Origin: Octopus vulgaris
Taxonomy: Eukaryota
Reading direction: 5' to 3'
Assembly (NCBI GenBank): GCA_951406725.2
Contig: OX597830.1
Span: 31,248,001-31,312,000 of the forward strand
Length of the DNA stretch: 64,000 nt
A program made the position numbers and the translations under genes. Positions 58,903-64,000 of this stretch are shown here, in pieces (position 1 is the stretch's first letter; each line of letters begins with the position of its first letter). The notes under the pieces were generated by a model. It was not told the origin of the DNA. It saw only the letters and a list, made by a program, of their open reading frames with translations, and did not search any database.

Positions 58903-59067
58903 TACGACGGGCTTCTTTCAGTTTCCGTCTACCAAATCCACTCACAAGGCTTTGGTCGACCCGAGGCTATAGCAGAAGACACCTGCCCAAGGTGCCACGC
59001 TGTGGGACTGAACTCGGAACCATGCGGTTCGTAAGCAAGCTACTTACCACACAGCCTCTCCTACGCC
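58593..59067 (-). mobile_element. Full-length family-A SINE
   Basis: Reverse complement of 30105-30508 with expanded internal (CA)n(TA)n. Confidence 0.9.
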
Positions 59068-59395
59068 TACCATGCAGTAAATATATCTATAATTCTCAAT
59101 TCTTTTTTTGTGTTTTATGATATAATCTGAAATTTTCAGAAGCGAACTTTGGATTTACTAATGGAACAGGAGAAGTACAGTGGTAACCGCTAGACTATGC
59201 TGTTTACAATTGTTATCACTCGTGGATCTAGTTGCATTGTTGCAGTACATTTTTACCAGATATTTTGATTCTGTTTCCACATTGCCATTTCACTCCTGTT
59301 CTGAAATTGCATCATAATTGTATTATTCACATAGCAATAGGCTGTACTGTTATTAATATGTGTCACATATCATTAAAAGTTAATTACTGATATTT

Positions 59396-59543
59396 GAATG
59401 CATTTAATCGTTATGTTTCAAGTGGTCATGTGGCAGCTTCTTACGTAAGTACCAACATCGTCAGTTGTACCCGACTAATGATGACTTTATCTGGGTAACA
59501 AATTGTTGCGTAACCACTTGAAACATACGTAATAAATGCATTC
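59396..59543. repeat. Inverted repeat with a degenerate hammerhead core on each strand
   Basis: gaatgcatttaatcgttatgtttcaagtggt vs accacttgaaacatacgtaataaatgcattc; centre TCGTCAG-ttgtacccga-CTAATGA. Confidence 0.55.
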
Positions 59544-59975
59544 GAAATGCATAAGAATAACAGGTTTGTGATAATTTTCTTGTCGTGTATGTAGGTGGAG
59601 GGGAAGGGGTAAATAGTAGTTTGAGTGAAGTATTAGATGAAAATGAAGATCTCGATAAGGTCAACACAATGCGAAATGAAATACAAAAGGAAGAACAAAA
59701 GTGGAAACAGAACAATTGAAGATTTTCCTTGGATTCCGATATCTTGTGGTTAGGATACACGGAGAAATGAGAGATGAAATAAATATAATATCGTAACTCA
59801 GATATGTATAAGAGGATAGTGACATGCGCACAGAGTTGTGTTGCTTATTATAATAACCAGTCTGCTTCATGTAGTTGTTCACTGTTGTTCAGAACTGGCT
59901 TCAGGTTGTTAATGTCCTGTGTATGACTTTAAACTGCATCAAGTTCGGAAGTTCCACGGTTATGAGCAATGTGAA

Positions 59976-60206
59976 GGCGGCGAGCTGGTAGAAACGTTAG
60001 CACACCGGGCGAAATGCTTAGCGGTATTTCGTCTGTCTTCATGTTCTGAGTTCAAATTCCGCCGCGGTCGACTTTGCCTTTCATCCTTTCGGAGTCGATA
60101 AATTAAGTACCAGTTACGCACTGGAGTCGATATAATCGACTTTATCCGTTTGTCAGTCCTTGTTTTCCCCCTCTGTGTTTAGCCCCTTGTGGGTAGTAAA
60201 GAAATA
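59976..60206 (+). mobile_element. Family-B SINE with 16-bp TSD
   Basis: Full consensus; TSD ggttatgagcaatgtg at 59958-59973 and 60207-60222. Confidence 0.9.
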
Positions 60207-61479
60207 GGTTATGAGCAATGTGGAATCAACACTTAGCCACTGCTGTCCCCCAGTTCTACTCTGACCCAGAAAAGTAGCACTCAGCAAGACCTATGTAATC
60301 ACCTGAGCCAGGGTACGATGAAATCATGCGATGCAGCATGGTGGATGCGAACTATTTCGGTAAATGAATTTATTGAATCAATGTCGAATGTCGCTAGATG
60401 CTGAGTGGATGAACAAACAACTAGCTGTATACGACCAAGATCAACCAAGTTCAAGTTCGTTTAGCGAATAATTGCTATTATCAGTAGACATTGCGTGCGC
60501 AGTAGACATGTCTCAGCTAACGAAAAAGACCAGAGTAAGACTCTCAAGCCAGATGTTCATGCGGCATTGCTCGACCGGACCACCGTGCTCGGAAGAATTG
60601 TACTCCATACACATACACACAAACACACACGTAAACACACAAAGCGCGCGCGCAAACACGCATGCATCCATATGTGTGTGCGCACACTTTTGTCTAGTCA
60701 TCTTTCATAATTTCGTTCTCACCTAGGATGCCATAAAGACATTATTACACCTTATCTGGTATTTTGTCCAACGCTCTTACGTTTCTGTCAATGCATATCG
60801 ACAATAATATTAACATAATTGACATTAATCCACCGATAATTTTTTGAATCCATCGAATAGAGAAGGTTAGACCCTAATGTGAAGGGCCGTAGCTTAATAT
60901 AATTCAACATTTAAATAAAGAAGTATTCATGTACGATGTTGTTATTCTATACCAAAAATACACATGTTTAATTGTTTATGAAATATACAGATATTAAGAA
61001 ACGTATACACATATACAAACATACATGTTCAAAAGCCAAACCCAACTTCAACTCTTTATCAAATCGGAGTTGATCAACAAAATATCAGTTCTGGACATTT
61101 GACAGACAGACAGACATTCAAGTATCGGACGAAATATCTCAGGGTATCTGTATTTATTCCGGGTCTTAAGTTCTGACGCAAATGTATGTGAGGATACTAA
61201 TGCTACGCTGTATTGTTCATTGCACATATAGGCTAGGGTTGGCGCAAACATGACAATCTTGCTCAGGACAGCTCCTCTCAGATGAACTTTTAAACGCATA
61301 TCGAAAATGCCAGGAGACACACTGTATGTATGTATACACACACACTTTTATATATGGAGAAAGAGAGAGTGAGGAGAGAAACATATAGAAAGCCAGACGT
61401 ATGTATATATGTTTACGTATATCTAGGACAACTATAACAGTCTAAGAGAAATTTTGAATATAGGTAAGCATGTGAATAT

Positions 61480-61522
<43 letters not shown>

Positions 61523-61548
61523 TATATATATACGTATGTGTGTGTATG

Positions 61549-61624
<76 letters not shown>

Positions 61625-61688
61625 TATCTACGTGCATATATCTGCACGTATCTGTGTGTGTGTGCGAATACATATATACGTATACACT

Positions 61689-61733
<45 letters not shown>

Positions 61734-62112
61734 ATATACATGTATGTCTGTACACAAACATGTATATATTAGTTCCCACCGTGCTAAGAGGCACATAAGG
61801 TGCGCGGCACGATCTCGCCAACCAATTCAGTTTTCTGTTCGATTGTGCCTGTCTTATCTTTTTTTATCAGACAAGTTTTTTTTCAACTTTCTTAATTAAA
61901 TCCCTGAAGTTTGTTTACAACTGTAAAATTCTTAAATGGCTTCATTGGGACCTGTCAATAATGACTATGCTATTTATACTAAAATACGTAACAATATATA
62001 AAATCTATCAAAAAATTTCAAAAAGCTAGTCGTGTTCGCCATACAAAATATTTAAACGAAAAGCCGCATCGCATTACGTAATTATGTACATACACACATA
62101 CACACACACGTG

Positions 62113-62151
<39 letters not shown>

Positions 62152-62817
62152 GAATAATATATATATATCATATATATATTATATATATTGATAAAAATGG
62201 TAAGACAACAAAAGAATGAAAGAGACCTCGATATTATGTAAATAGAGGAATTTAATTGTCACATATTACTTTTACAGATACATATATATATATTATATAA
62301 ATATATAATATATGCATATATATATATATATATATATATACGTAATATATGTATATATATATATATAAATTATATATATACTAATATATATAATATATAT
62401 ATATACATAATATATATATACATATATATACAATAAATATACATAATATATACATACATATATACATAATATATACATAATATATATACATATGTATACA
62501 TAATATATATATACATATACATAATATATATGCATAATATATTTATATATGTACATAATATATATATATACATTATATATAAATAATGTATATATATATA
62601 GATATATATTATATACATATAATATATCATAAATATATTATGTATGTATTATATTATATATATATATATATATATTATATATTGTATATATATTTATATT
62701 ATGTATGTAAATATTATATAATATATATAATATATATATTATTTATATATATATTGTATAGTATATATATTATATATAATATATATATTTCAGTAAATAC
62801 ATATATAAATACTTATA

Positions 62818-62917
<100 letters not shown>

Positions 62918-62924
62918 TAGATAT

Positions 62925-62971
<47 letters not shown>

Positions 62972-63338
62972 TCATAGAGACAAACACACACACACACGCA
63001 CACGCACACACACAAACCTGCTCACACACTTGCACATAAGTGCACGCACAACTATCATTTATACACGCGTGTTTGTCAATGCAAGGTAAATTCATTTAAG
63101 ACAGGTGTGTTCTCAATAGTAGTTTTATGTTGCCTAACACGAACGTCCGAAGGATTCCTCGTAGCAAAGTGGCTGACGGACTGCGACCGTTGAAATAAGT
63201 ACCCACATGGTACGGAAGGGTGGCACCAACGTCTACGAAATATCTCTGCATTTGATTGATTGTCTGTCTGTCTGTCTAAACAGCCTGCATGATTGATTCA
63301 CTGTCTAGTTAACCGACTCACACACACATAGACAGACA

Positions 63339-63383
<45 letters not shown>

Positions 63384-63787
63384 TCTAGTTAACCCACTAA
63401 ACACACACACTGTCTAGTTAAAATACTTACATACATACATACATACATATATACATACATACATACATACATATACACACACATACGTATATAAGTATAT
63501 CTTTGTATGTATCATGTATGTAATCGCATATATCTGTGTGCATGCATACGCATATAAATGAGTGCATGTATGTGTGTGTATATATATATACATACATATA
63601 TATATATGCATATACATGCATGTATACATATACATGCATGTATACAATATATATATCATATTTATATACATGTGCATATATATATATATACATGTGTATA
63701 TATATACATGCATGTATACATATATATATATCATATTTATATACATGTGCATATATATATATATATACATGTGTATATATATACATG

Positions 63788-63868
<81 letters not shown>

Positions 63869-64000
63869 ATATGTATGTATGTATGTATAATATATATAGA
63901 TCCACACACACACATAATATTATATATGTGTACATTATGAAATATATTTATACGCACACATATATCTATGAATGTCTTACAAACTTTCCCCACGTAATGT

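Overview
Eukaryotic, AT-rich, extremely microsatellite-dense DNA [(TA)n, (CA)n, (TACA)n, (GATA)n, (TAA)n, (GA)n]. The tRNA-derived SINE families and repeat spectrum look like an octopus (coleoid cephalopod) genome; this is inference from recalled repeat families, not a database match. No convincing host protein-coding exon was found, and nearly all ORFs in the track are microsatellite translations. Supported content: three modular SINE families, a decayed near full-length mariner, Tigger/pogo-like and GG...CC/8-bp-TSD (Merlin-like) MITEs, and 3' fragments of two R4/Dong-like RLE retrotransposons sitting in (TAA)n and (TACA)n. The most interesting signal is a set of minimal type I hammerhead ribozyme motifs with palindromic stem III (Penelope/retrozyme type): a ~200-bp microsatellite-inserted element in 3 copies, a well-formed solo motif at 47.4 kb, and several head-to-head inverted pairs that place a hammerhead core on each strand.
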